A DNA stretch of 64,000 bases from Halobacteriales archaeon QH_7_65_31 (lineage in GTDB: Archaea > Halobacteriota > Halobacteria > Halobacteriales > Haloarculaceae): contig PXQU01000005.1 in assembly GCA_003021785.1 (NCBI GenBank), forward strand, positions 10,850 through 74,849. The letters run 5' to 3'. Positions 25,039 through 34,386 of this stretch are shown here, piece by piece. Position 1 is the stretch's first letter. The number at the start of each line of letters is the position of its first letter. The position numbers and the translations under genes were made by a program. The notes beneath the pieces were generated by a model. It searched no databases and had not been told where the DNA came from. It saw only the letters and a program-made list of their open reading frames with translations.

Positions 25039-26873
25039 GCCGAGAGGACGACCGGCAAGCGTCCGCCGAACGACCGAGCGACCCGACGCTGCTGACGGAC
25101 GGCGGCACGTCGGAGCTGGCGACGGTCGCCGAGCTTGCCAAGCGCCGCGGCTTCTTCTTCCAGACGGCGGAGTCGTACGGCGGCGTCGGTGGTCTCGTCA
25201 CGTACGGGCCACAGGGGTCGGCGCTCAAGCGCAACATCGAGGACAGATGGCGCGACCGGTTCGTCACCCGCGCCGGCAACATGGAGCTGTCGGCGCCGGA
25301 CGTGATGCCCGAACCCGTCTTCGAGGCCTCGGGGCATCTCGACGGCTTCGACGACATGATCGTCGAGTGTCCCGAGTGCGAGACCGCCCACCGCGCTGAC
25401 CACCTCGTCGAGGACAGCTCCGAGCACGAGGACGCCGAGGCGCTCGGTATCGAGCAGATAGGCGAACTCATCGGCGAGCTGGAGATCGCCTGTCCCGACT
25501 GCGGGACGGCGCTCGCCGGCGAGTCCGTCGACGAGTTCAACCTCATGTTCGGCACGGACATCGGACCGGGTTCCTCCCAACCGGGGTATCTCCGCCCGGA
25601 GACGGCACAGGGTATCTTCACCGAATTCCCGCGGCTGAAGGAGTACGCCCGCGGCAAGCTCCCCTTCGGCGTCGCACAGATCGGTGACGCCTACCGCAAC
25701 GAGATCGCCCCGCGTCGCGGGCTCATCCGCGTTCGCGCGTTCACGCAGGCGGAGCTGGAGCAGTTCATCGACCCCGAGGAGGACGAGCCGGCTATCGAAG
25801 CCGTCGCCGACGTGGAGCTTCCACTCTACACCGCACCGGCACAGGCGGACGAGGGGGGCCAAGAGACGTACACCGTCCGCAAGGCCGTCGAGGAGGGCGT
25901 CATCGAATCGGCGTGGATCGCCTACTATCTCGGGCTGGCACGTGACTGGTACGAGGCGATCGGCATCGACATGGACCGTTTCCGCTACCGCCAGCACAAG
26001 GCGGGCGAACGCGCCCACTACGCCGCCGACTGCTGGGACGCCGAGACCGAACTCGACGGCGAGTGGGTCGAGGTGACCGGCTTCGCCTACCGGAGCGACT
26101 ACGATCTTACCAACCATGCCGCGGCGACCGGTGACGGCTTCACCGTGTTCAAACAGTACGACGAGCCGAAGACGGTCGAACGGCCCGGCGTCGATCCCGA
26201 TATGTCAACGCTCGGCCCGGAGTTCGGTGGCGACGCGAGCGCCGTCGCCGACGCGCTCGCCTCGCTCGCTGCCAGTGAGCCCGACGCGTTCACCGGTGAC
26301 ACCGTCACCGTCGAGATCGGCGGCGACTCGGCCACGGTCGCGACCGACGTCGCGAACTTTGCCGTGGAGACGGTCACCGAGACCGGCGAGCATATCACGC
26401 CACACGTCGTCGAGCCGTCCTTCGGTATCGGTCGGCTGTTCTACTCCGTGCTCGTCCACAGCTACGAGACCGACGAGGTGGACGGTGAGGAGCGCACCTA
26501 TCTCTCTGTCCCCGCCGAGCTCGCCCCCACGTTCGCGTGTGTCGTCCCGCTCGTTTCCAACGAGCCGGCACTGGTCGAACAGGCCGAGCAGATACGCGAC
26601 CAGCTCCGTGATGCCGGTCTCGAAGTCGCGTACGACGAGTCAGGGGCTATCGGTCGCCGCTATCGCCGCCAGGACGAGATCGGAACGCCCGTCTGTGTCA
26701 CCGTCGATCACGAGAGCATCGAGGAGGAGCCGACGAGCGTCACCGTCCGCGACCGCGACACCACCGCACAGGCGCGTGTCCCGGTCACAGAACTCCGTGA
26801 CTGTCTGCTCGCGCTCCGTGCCGGAACGAGCTTCAGTGACCTGCTCGACCGCGACGCCGTCACGCCCGTGTAA
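25035..26873 (+). CDS. glyS: Glycine--tRNA ligase (archaeal/eukaryotic alpha2 type)
   Basis: 612 aa. It has RRGFFFQTAESYGGVGGLVTYGPQG, class II motifs (YLRPETAQGIF, GDAYRNEIAPRRGLIRVRAFTQAE), a CPEC...CPDC insertion and a C-terminal anticodon-binding domain. The GTG start overlaps the CBS gene stop. Confidence 0.93.
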   Translation: MSREDDRQASAERPSDPTLLTDGGTSELATVAELAKRRGFFFQTAESYGGVGGLVTYGPQGSALKRNIEDRWRDRFVTRAGNMELSAPDVMPEPVFEASGHLDGFDDMIVECPECETAHRADHLVEDSSEHEDAEALGIEQIGELIGELEIACPDCGTALAGESVDEFNLMFGTDIGPGSSQPGYLRPETAQGIFTEFPRLKEYARGKLPFGVAQIGDAYRNEIAPRRGLIRVRAFTQAELEQFIDPEEDEPAIEAVADVELPLYTAPAQADEGGQETYTVRKAVEEGVIESAWIAYYLGLARDWYEAIGIDMDRFRYRQHKAGERAHYAADCWDAETELDGEWVEVTGFAYRSDYDLTNHAAATGDGFTVFKQYDEPKTVERPGVDPDMSTLGPEFGGDASAVADALASLAASEPDAFTGDTVTVEIGGDSATVATDVANFAVETVTETGEHITPHVVEPSFGIGRLFYSVLVHSYETDEVDGEERTYLSVPAELAPTFACVVPLVSNEPALVEQAEQIRDQLRDAGLEVAYDESGAIGRRYRRQDEIGTPVCVTVDHESIEEEPTSVTVRDRDTTAQARVPVTELRDCLLALRAGTSFSDLLDRDAVTPV

Positions 26874-27434
26874 ATGACGAACGAGATACAGCGCCGGCTG
26901 GTTCACGCCACCGGCGGTGTACTGCCGCTCGGCTACGTCGCCGAGCTCTACTCGTACCGCTTCCTCCGTAACGCGTTCACCGTCGGTGTGCTCGCCGTCG
27001 TGCTCCTCGAAACGCTCCGTCTCTCCGGGGTCGCCGACTGGCGGCTGTTCGACCGTCTCACCCGCGAGTACGAACAGGAGAACCCCGCGGGGTACGCGTT
27101 GTACGTCGTCTCTATTGCCGCCGTCTGCTGGCTGTTCGCGCCCGAAATCGCCGTCCCGGCGGCGCTGATGCTCACCTTCGGGGACCCGATCTCTGGACTG
27201 CTCGGCTCCGACGAGCGCCGCCGCGTGAAGCAGTCGTTCGTCCTGCTCGTGATGTTCGGCGTCTGTACGCTGCTCGCGCTCCCGTTCGTCGCGAGCGCCG
27301 CCGCTGTCGCCGGGGCCGTCGCCGCCACTGCCGCCGACGGCGCGACGCCGACCGTCGCCGGCTACGTCATCGACGACAACCTCACCATCCCCCCAGCCGC
27401 CGCCCTCGCGATGACGCTCGTCATCGGACTGTAG
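26874..27434 (+). CDS. Polytopic membrane protein, dolichol kinase / cytidylyltransferase-like
   Basis: 186 aa. RRLVHATGGVLPL at the N-terminus is followed by 5-6 TM segments, and the gene starts directly after the glyS stop. The family assignment comes from memory of haloarchaeal annotations, not from a catalytic motif. Confidence 0.55.
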   Translation: MTNEIQRRLVHATGGVLPLGYVAELYSYRFLRNAFTVGVLAVVLLETLRLSGVADWRLFDRLTREYEQENPAGYALYVVSIAAVCWLFAPEIAVPAALMLTFGDPISGLLGSDERRRVKQSFVLLVMFGVCTLLALPFVASAAAVAGAVAATAADGATPTVAGYVIDDNLTIPPAAALAMTLVIGL

Positions 27435-27472
27435 GGACAGCGCTTTTTCCTGCCGACGGTCTCTGTCCGTGT

Positions 27473-28045
27473 ATGAGCGATTTCGACCGGGAGAAAGAGC
27501 GCGAGAAGCTCCGCGAGAAGTACGAACGGGACAAACAGAAGCGCGAGCAGTCCGAACGGCTCTCGGAGCTACTCCTGAAGGGCGCGACCATGACCGACAG
27601 ACACTGCGAGACGTGCGGCGACCCCGTCTTCCGGTGGGACGGACAGGAGTTCTGTCCCACCTGCCAACAGCCCGGCGAGGAGACGACGGGCGAATCAGAG
27701 CCCACAGAAACGGCGGAGCCGAGCTCGCCCGCACCGACGGGCGAATCGGCAGTCGAGGTAGAGCCCGACACCGAGCGGCCGACAGACTCACAGCCCGCCG
27801 TCCAACCCGACCGACAGCCGCGCCAGCCGACGCCCAGACAGCCGGCCGAGACGCCCGACGCGACCGGGCAGCCCTCCGTAGCAGCCGACGGCGACCTCGC
27901 GACCGCGCGCGCCTCGCTCGAACGCACGCTCGCGACGCTCGCACAGCAGGCCGAACAGGCCGACACCCTCGCGGAGACGCGGCGGTATCTGGACGGGGCG
28001 AGAGACGCCGCCGAGGCGCTCGACGCCGCAGAACAGGTCCGTTAA
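27473..28045 (+). CDS. Zn-ribbon protein of the Sjogren's syndrome/scleroderma autoantigen-1 (UPF0148-like) family
   Basis: 190 aa. A charged coiled N-terminus (REKEREKLREKYERDKQKREQ) precedes CETCGDPVFRWDGQEFCPTC, followed by a Pro/Thr/Gln-rich low-complexity linker and a helical tail. Confidence 0.7.
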   Translation: MSDFDREKEREKLREKYERDKQKREQSERLSELLLKGATMTDRHCETCGDPVFRWDGQEFCPTCQQPGEETTGESEPTETAEPSSPAPTGESAVEVEPDTERPTDSQPAVQPDRQPRQPTPRQPAETPDATGQPSVAADGDLATARASLERTLATLAQQAEQADTLAETRRYLDGARDAAEALDAAEQVR

Positions 28046-30531
28046 CCGGCGTACTCGCTGCCGACGACCTCGCGAATCCGCTCTGCGGTGACCGGGCCGA
28101 CGCCCTCGATCTCGCGGAGCTCCGCCTCGCCCGCTGTCATCACCGCTTCGACGCTCCCGAGCGCCGACAGCAGCGCGCGGGCGGTGACCGGCCCGACCTC
28201 GGCGACCGAACTAACGACGTACTCCTGCTGTTCGTCTAGCGTCTTGTTCGACTTCTCGCCGTGGACACGTAGCTCGCGGTCGCTCTCCTCCTGTTCGCGT
28301 CGCGCGACCACCTCCAACAGCTCCGTCGTCCCCTGTTCGTCCTCGGTGAAGAGGACGCTCGCGCCGAAATCGACGGCGAGCGAGGCGAGCGCCCCGCGAA
28401 TCGCGTTCGGATGGACGTTGCGCTCCCCGTAGAGGTTCTCCCCCTCGACGATGACGACCGGGCGCGCGTAGCTGCGGACGGCATCGCCCACCTGCTCGAA
28501 CATCGAGCGGTCCTCACCGAGTAAGGTGTCGAGGAAGTCGGCCACGCTCTTTCGCTCGACGACGACGCGGTTCGAGAGGACGTAATCACCGACCGCGAGC
28601 GTCTCCAGCCGGGTCTCGATCCCGTCGCGCTTCGAGAGGTCCCGCGCGATCGTCGCGTCGAGCTCGCGCTGGTCGGCGACGATCTCGACGCCTGATTCGT
28701 CGGTCCCGGCGACGGCTGCAACCGCCTCGTCGGCGTCACCGGTATCGCCGGTGTCGTCGCTCTCGGAGTCGTCCGTTTCCCTCTCGCCATCGGTCGCCGC
28801 CTCCTCCCCCGCGAAGGTGTCCAGACTGGGCTGTCCGTCGGTCTCGTCGTCACCGGTATCGCTGTCGGCTCCGTCGCCGTCGCCGCTCCCCTCACCGGTC
28901 GCCGTCGGCTCCGCGTCCGGCCCCTCCGGCATGGTCGACTCGCCCTCGAAACTCCCGAGCGACTCTTGACTCAGCTCGGATTCGAGCTCGCTGGCCATCC
29001 CTTTCAGCGAGCGAAGCTCCTCCTCCATCTGCTTCTCCTCGTTCTGTGCCATCCAGAAGAACGCCTCGTCGCGGGTGTCGTTCGCGATGAGGACGACGAC
29101 CTTCCCCGTCGATGCGCGACCGGTCCGGCCCTTCCGCTGGATGGACCGAACGCCCTTCGGAACCGGCTCGTAGAACAGCACGAGATCGACGTCCGGCACG
29201 TCCAGTCCCTCCTCTGCGACGCTGGTTGAGACGAGCACCTCGAACTCGCCGGCGCGGAACGCGTCGAGCGTCTCCGTCTGCTCCTTTTGCGTCATCCCGT
29301 CTGACCCCTGCTTGTCGCCCTGACCGACGAACCGCCGCGCGTCGAACGACTCGTTCAGGAACTCGGTCAGGGTCTCTGCTGTGTCCCGGCTCTCCGTGAA
29401 GACGATAGCGCGCGAGCCGCCGTCGAGTCCGAAGGTCTCCGCGAGCAGGATGCGCGTCTTCCTGAACTTGGGGTGGAGTCCCTCGAACTCCTCGGCGAGT
29501 CGCATCGCCTTCTTCACATTCGGCTCGGAGACGAACCGCTGGCTCGCCTTCGATGCGCCCGACGACCGGGCCTGCTCGCGCTGGCGCTCGAAATACCGCC
29601 GGAGCGACTCGACCGACTGGGTCTCCACCAGCTCCGTCGCGCGCCGGAGCTTCATCACCTCGGCGTGGGCGGACATCCCCTCGTAGCCGGCCGAGTCGTC
29701 GTCGTTGATGAGCCGCTGGAGCTGTGCGCGCGCCCGGTTCAGATCGCGCTGGCTCATGTTCGGGTCCGTCGAGTTCACCACGCCCAGCTCCTTCAGCTGC
29801 GAGAGCCGGTCCGTAATGACCTCGTTGAGCGCGTCGCGGACCGCGAGCACGTCCTCGGGCAGATCGATGTGCTGCCAGTCCACCTCCGTCCGGTAGGTGT
29901 GTCGCTCCACGTCGGCGTCGCTTTCGGTCATCACCTCCACCTCCGCGAGCCCGAGATTCTCACACACCGTCAGAATCTCCTCCTCGTCGCCGCCGGGGCT
30001 GGCCGACATCCCGGTGGCGAGTGGTCGCTCCGCGTCGGCGTGATACCGCTCGGCGATGTAGTTGTACGCGTACTCGCCGGTCGCGCGGTGACACTCGTCG
30101 AAGGTGAGATGCGTCACGTCGGCCAGCGAAATGCGGTTGCCGACGAGGTCGTTCTCGATGACCTGCGGCGTCGCCATCACGATACGGGCCGACTCCCACA
30201 GCTCCGCGCGGTCGGCCGGGCGCACATCGCCGGTGAAGACGACGATCTCGTCGCCGGCGACGTCCAGTGCCTCGCGATAGAACTCCGCGTGCTGCTGGAC
30301 TAACGGCTTCGTCGGCGCGAGCATCAGCGAGGTTCCGCCGTGCTCCGCGAGCCGATGGGCCGTCACGAGACAGGAGACGGTCGTCTTCCCGAGTCCGGTC
30401 GGGAGACAGACCAGCGTGTGCGTCTCCGACGCGGCGTCGGCCAGCTGGGTCTGGTAGGCTCTGTCTTCGAGAAAGCCCTGACTCACCAGTGGCCGGTCGA
30501 GATACTCCACGTCGGCGTCTGCAGCCGCCAT
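28042..30531 (-). CDS. hef: Hef helicase/nuclease (FANCM/XPF-related)
   Basis: 829 aa. It has an N-terminal DEAH-type helicase (PTGLGKT, FDECH), an acidic linker, an ERCC4 nuclease (VERKSVADF) and a C-terminal HhH2 (GVGPVTAERI). Confidence 0.92.
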   Translation of the reverse strand: MAAADADVEYLDRPLVSQGFLEDRAYQTQLADAASETHTLVCLPTGLGKTTVSCLVTAHRLAEHGGTSLMLAPTKPLVQQHAEFYREALDVAGDEIVVFTGDVRPADRAELWESARIVMATPQVIENDLVGNRISLADVTHLTFDECHRATGEYAYNYIAERYHADAERPLATGMSASPGGDEEEILTVCENLGLAEVEVMTESDADVERHTYRTEVDWQHIDLPEDVLAVRDALNEVITDRLSQLKELGVVNSTDPNMSQRDLNRARAQLQRLINDDDSAGYEGMSAHAEVMKLRRATELVETQSVESLRRYFERQREQARSSGASKASQRFVSEPNVKKAMRLAEEFEGLHPKFRKTRILLAETFGLDGGSRAIVFTESRDTAETLTEFLNESFDARRFVGQGDKQGSDGMTQKEQTETLDAFRAGEFEVLVSTSVAEEGLDVPDVDLVLFYEPVPKGVRSIQRKGRTGRASTGKVVVLIANDTRDEAFFWMAQNEEKQMEEELRSLKGMASELESELSQESLGSFEGESTMPEGPDAEPTATGEGSGDGDGADSDTGDDETDGQPSLDTFAGEEAATDGERETDDSESDDTGDTGDADEAVAAVAGTDESGVEIVADQRELDATIARDLSKRDGIETRLETLAVGDYVLSNRVVVERKSVADFLDTLLGEDRSMFEQVGDAVRSYARPVVIVEGENLYGERNVHPNAIRGALASLAVDFGASVLFTEDEQGTTELLEVVARREQEESDRELRVHGEKSNKTLDEQQEYVVSSVAEVGPVTARALLSALGSVEAVMTAGEAELREIEGVGPVTAERIREVVGSEYAG

Positions 30532-30593
30532 TGCCGATGTTTGGTCGCTCTCGTGAATAAGCGTTCGCGTCGCGGGGTGAAACTGAACCCCCG

Positions 30594-32348
30594 TCAGTCG
30601 CTCTCGTCGATGACCCGGGCCTCGAACTCCTCGGGGAGTGACTCCAAATCCCCGGCCTGCACGCTCCAGAGGTCGGCGTACAGACCTCCCTCGGCGAGCA
30701 GGGTCTCGTGGTCGCCTCGCTCGGTCACTCGGCCCGCTTCCATGACGAGAATCTCGTCGGCGTCTTTCACCGTCGAGAGCCGGTGAGCGATGGCGAACGT
30801 CGTCCGATTCGCCGAGAGCGAGTCGAGTGACTTCTGGATGAGATACTCCGTCTCGGTGTCGACCGCGCTGGTCGCCTCGTCGAGGACGAGCAGCTCGGGG
30901 TCCTGCAGCACGACACGCGCGATGGCGATCCGCTGGCGCTGGCCGCCGGAGAGCTTCACTCCGAACAGGAACGTCTCCTGTCCGACGTAGCCGATGTGGT
31001 CCCGGAGCGATTCGAGCGTCACGTCCCGGATATCGCGGCCGTCGACGCGGATCCCACCGTCTGTCTCCGCCGCGTTGGAGACGTCGTACATCCGGAGCAG
31101 GAGCTTGAGCATCGTCGATTTGCCCGCGCCGGTCGGCCCGACGAGCGCGACCGTCTCACCCGGCTTCGCCTCGAAGCTCACGCCGTCGATGACGGTCTCG
31201 GAGTCGTCGTACGCGAAGCGCACGTCGTCGTAGACGACTCTCCCCTCGACGTCGGTCAGCTCGGCTCCGTCCGCGGGGTCATCGACCTCGACGGGGATAT
31301 CCATCAGGCCGAAGACGCGCTCGGAGGAGGCCTTCGCGTTCTCGTACTGGTCGATGATGTTCGACACCTCCGCGAGCGGCGTGGCGAACCGCTGGGAGAG
31401 AAAGAGGAACGAGACGAACGTCCCGACCTGTAGCTGGCCGCTCGCGCCCGGCGGAACGCCGACGAACAGCCAGTAGCCTCCCACGAGGAAGGTGAGCGTG
31501 AACGACACGCCGGCGAGCAGCTCCATCCCCGGCCGATAGAAGTACGAGAGCCGGAGCATCGCCATCGTGTCGTCGAACAGCTGCTTGGAGGAGCCGCGCA
31601 CGCGGTCGGTCTCGTACGCCTCGCTCGCCGTCGTCTTCGTCAGCTCGATACCGGCGATCGAGTTCTCCAGTCGGGTGTTGAGCTTCCCCATCGAGGAGCG
31701 GCGGGCGGCGTACAGCGGCTCGGCTCGCTTCATGAACCAGTAGGTGAAAAGCGTCATCACCGGTGCGACGAGCAGCGTGATGACGGCGAGATAGGCGTTC
31801 GCGATGAAGAGGACGACCCCGATACCGAGCAACATCGCGCCGAGCCGGACCGCGCCGGTCAACGCGTTGTCCAGAAACATCTCCAGATTCTCCGTATCGG
31901 ACGAGAGGATGGACATCGTCTCGCCGGTCTGTTTGTCGTCGAAGAAGGACATATCGAGCCGGCTCATCGTCTCGAAACAGTCCACCCGGACGGCGTGCAT
32001 CACGCCGTGGGCGAACTCGTTCGCGGCGACGCCGTAGACGTAGGTGAACAGCCCCGTGAGGAGGAACGCGCCGCCGATGAACACGACCGAGAGCCAGAAC
32101 AGCGGCTCAGCGCCGGTCGGCAGCAGCGACTCCGGAACGAGCGGCAGGGAGTACGTCTGCCCGCTGAGCTTGTTCACGGCCGCACCGAGCACGAGCGGCG
32201 GCGCGAGCGAGGCGAACTGTGCGAGCAGATTGGCGAGGACGCCGACTGCGAACCAGCCGTACCGCGGCTTACCGTACGCGGCGAAGAGCCGGCGCATCGG
32301 CCGGTCTACGTCCGCGCGGTAGCGGTCGAAGACGCTCTCCGCTGTCAT
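30594..32348 (-). CDS. ABC exporter, fused TMD-NBD (MsbA/MdlB-like), lacking the segment between the Q-loop and the signature motif
   Basis: The true start is MTAESVFDRYRADV at 32348; the track's 859-aa ORF is an upstream artefact. It has six TM segments, Walker A GPTGAGKST, the junction YVGQETFLF|GVKLSGGQRQR, and Walker B LVLDEATSAVD. At 584 aa it is about 50 aa shorter than usual. Confidence 0.85.
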   Translation of the reverse strand: MTAESVFDRYRADVDRPMRRLFAAYGKPRYGWFAVGVLANLLAQFASLAPPLVLGAAVNKLSGQTYSLPLVPESLLPTGAEPLFWLSVVFIGGAFLLTGLFTYVYGVAANEFAHGVMHAVRVDCFETMSRLDMSFFDDKQTGETMSILSSDTENLEMFLDNALTGAVRLGAMLLGIGVVLFIANAYLAVITLLVAPVMTLFTYWFMKRAEPLYAARRSSMGKLNTRLENSIAGIELTKTTASEAYETDRVRGSSKQLFDDTMAMLRLSYFYRPGMELLAGVSFTLTFLVGGYWLFVGVPPGASGQLQVGTFVSFLFLSQRFATPLAEVSNIIDQYENAKASSERVFGLMDIPVEVDDPADGAELTDVEGRVVYDDVRFAYDDSETVIDGVSFEAKPGETVALVGPTGAGKSTMLKLLLRMYDVSNAAETDGGIRVDGRDIRDVTLESLRDHIGYVGQETFLFGVKLSGGQRQRIAIARVVLQDPELLVLDEATSAVDTETEYLIQKSLDSLSANRTTFAIAHRLSTVKDADEILVMEAGRVTERGDHETLLAEGGLYADLWSVQAGDLESLPEEFEARVIDESD

Positions 32349-32426
32349 TGTGTCGTCTGTGAAACGCTTCCGATTAGAGGTTGTGCTTTGAGAACCACTC
32401 AAGTGGTCGCCAAGCGAACGACGGGT

Positions 32427-32699
32427 ATGGACACGGCCGCCCTGAAACAGCGTCTCGACCGCTTCGACGGCAGTGTCTCCGAGCGGCGCGCCGTTGCCAG
32501 ACAGGCGCGTGATCTCGCGGATTCGGGCGTCTTCGAGCGCGACGAGGGGTATCAGCTCACCGCGGCGGTCGTCGTGGAGCAGCTCGCGGACGCCCCCGAC
32601 GGCGGCCCGGCCGACCGCTGGAACTGGTGGCTCGGCTCGCTCGAAGTCGTCCACGGCGCGTACAGCCGGTTTCAGGTCGAACGCTGGCAGGAGGCGTGA
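32427..32699 (+). CDS. Conserved hypothetical small protein (90 aa)
   Basis: An internal ATG in frame with track ORF 31995-32699 gives MDTAALKQRLDRFDGSVSERRAVARQ... It is acidic and helical. The upstream part of the ORF lies antisense to the ABC gene. Confidence 0.6.
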   Translation: MDTAALKQRLDRFDGSVSERRAVARQARDLADSGVFERDEGYQLTAAVVVEQLADAPDGGPADRWNWWLGSLEVVHGAYSRFQVERWQEA

Positions 32700-32789
32700 G
32701 ACCGCACCGAGCGCGTCACCGCGTACGTCTCCCGACCCGGCGTATCGGCGTAGGCGAACGCTTTTTCGCCGCCCGCTCGTCGCTCTGAC

Positions 32790-33287
32790 ATGGACGATTC
32801 GACCGCCGAGAGCATCGAGACGGTCGTCGGTGAGGGTATCGTCGACGGGATCACGGCGAACTGGGAGTCCCTCGTCGCGACCGCCGGCGACGTCGCGGCC
32901 GAGTTCGATCGCGAGACCGTCGTCTGTGAGCCGAGCGACGTGACTGTCGTCCCGGCGACCGACCAGTTCGGGCTGACGGCGGTCGTGGGCGACGAGAGCT
33001 TCCGGCGGCTGAACGACCTCGATCCCGAACGGCTCGATCCGGGGGCCATCGCCCGCGCGGAGAGCGACGGGCTCGTGCTCCTGTTGCTCACGCTCGAAAC
33101 GGCAGAAACCGCCGTCGTGCTTCCACTCTACTACGAGCGAACCGCCGACGAGGAAGGTGTGCTCCGCGACCACGACGGTGAGCTACCGATCCGGCTCCGG
33201 AGCCTCACCGCGCTGGAGCCGGTGTCGGTCGCGATCGACTCCCCCGAAGCGCTCTTTCCCGAGACGCGGTTCGACGCCGAGAGTTAG
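32790..33287 (+). CDS. Conserved hypothetical acidic protein (165 aa)
   Basis: ATG start with strongly acidic, haloarchaeal-type composition. No motif recognised. Confidence 0.65.
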   Translation: MDDSTAESIETVVGEGIVDGITANWESLVATAGDVAAEFDRETVVCEPSDVTVVPATDQFGLTAVVGDESFRRLNDLDPERLDPGAIARAESDGLVLLLLTLETAETAVVLPLYYERTADEEGVLRDHDGELPIRLRSLTALEPVSVAIDSPEALFPETRFDAES

Positions 33288-33904
33288 CCGCCGTCGGCCT
33301 CGTGGACGTGACCACACTCCGGGCAGGTCACCTCGTCGTGGCGAAGCCCGACCGAGCTGTCGCGCACCTCTCGCATCACCTCCGAGATTCTATCTTCGGC
33401 GTCCAGCTCCTCTGCTACCGTCAGCTCGACGCCCTCGACTTCGAGGAGGAACTTCGCCACCTCCGTCACCTCGTACATCAGGTCGTCCAGCTCCTCGGCG
33501 GTGAAGAACTCCGACATCGCGCCGTAGAGGAACGTCGCGCCCGCCGTCTGCACCTTCTCCTCGAAGGAGGCCCGCGCCTGATTCACCGCCTGCGGCGAGT
33601 AGGTGTCGGTCATGAACGGAACGAGTTCGGGCAGATTCTCGCCGATCTTCGTCATCTCCACGCCCGTCTCCGTCCGGAAGTCCGCACACAGCCGCGCGAT
33701 GGCCCACTCGCGGGCCGTGATGTAGGTGCGGTCACGCAGGAACTCGTTGGCGCGGTCGTACGTCGCGCCGTCGATCTTCGAGAAGCGGGTGTACGCCGCT
33801 ACGTCGTCGGGCACAGCCTCGGTGTCATCGACCGACTGCTCGGGCTCCTCGTCCGCGACACGTTCGACCGCCGGCGTCGGCTCCGAGTCGGGCGTCTCTG
33901 TCAT
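33284..33904 (-). CDS. Conserved hypothetical protein with C-terminal Zn-ribbon-like CPECGHVH (206 aa)
   Basis: The start is MTETPDSEPTPAVE at 33904. The upstream part of the track's 362-aa ORF is Arg-rich and overlaps the SHOCT gene. Confidence 0.7.
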   Translation of the reverse strand: MTETPDSEPTPAVERVADEEPEQSVDDTEAVPDDVAAYTRFSKIDGATYDRANEFLRDRTYITAREWAIARLCADFRTETGVEMTKIGENLPELVPFMTDTYSPQAVNQARASFEEKVQTAGATFLYGAMSEFFTAEELDDLMYEVTEVAKFLLEVEGVELTVAEELDAEDRISEVMREVRDSSVGLRHDEVTCPECGHVHEADGG

Positions 33905-33951
33905 GGGCGAAACTCCAGCACGGCGGTGAAAAAGCGTGTCGCCCGCTTCGG

Positions 33952-34305
33952 CTATCTCGCGTCGCGCTCGCGTTCGATCTCCCGCTCGATAGACGCTCCG
34001 GGCTCCTCGTCGTCGGCCCGGACCAGCCGTTCGAGCCGGCGTTCGAACTCCTCGTCGCCGAGTTCCCCGTCGGCGTACCGGCGTTTGAGCCGTTCGATCG
34101 GGTCCTCGGGATCGGATTCGGACTCGTCTGTCTCGTCCTCGTCGTCGGTGAGAAACCCGACGAGCGAGAGCAGCACGGCGAACCCGAGGACCCAGATGGC
34201 CCAGAACCACGGGATGCCCGGGATCAGCGCGATCATGCCGGCCCCGAGGATCAGGAAGGTGGTCACGCCGCCGATGTTCTCGCGAGCGTTCGAGAGGACT
34301 CCCAT
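33952..34305 (-). CDS. SHOCT-domain membrane protein
   Basis: 117 aa. Two TM helices and an acidic linker are followed by IERLKRRYADGELGDEEFERRLERL, which matches the SHOCT short C-terminal domain pattern. Confidence 0.75.
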   Translation of the reverse strand: MGVLSNARENIGGVTTFLILGAGMIALIPGIPWFWAIWVLGFAVLLSLVGFLTDDEDETDESESDPEDPIERLKRRYADGELGDEEFERRLERLVRADDEEPGASIEREIERERDAR

Positions 34306-34386
34306 ACCAGTGGCTCCTCGGCTCGGGAGAAAAAGCCCGCGACCGCCGTCGGGACTCTTTTATAACGGCCAAGCGTCACCACCCGC

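Noticed and set aside
24612-26117. 501-aa minus-strand ORF
   Set aside because: It is antisense to the CBS gene and glyS and has no domain signature.
28700-28960. Repetitive-looking GAC/GGC/GAG-rich DNA in hef that might be a tandem repeat
   Set aside because: It translates to the Asp/Gly/Thr/Glu-rich disordered linker between the helicase and nuclease domains. This is compositional low complexity without a defined repeat unit.
32349-33173. N-terminal 275 residues of the 859-aa track ORF for the ABC exporter
   Set aside because: The upstream part is basic and overlaps two acidic plus-strand genes. The exporter's conserved N-terminus starts at MTAESVFDRYRADV (32348).
33905-34372. N-terminal 156 residues of the 362-aa minus ORF
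   Set aside because: This part is Arg-rich and overlaps the SHOCT-domain gene in another frame. The acidic, conserved-looking protein starts at MTETPDSEP (33904).
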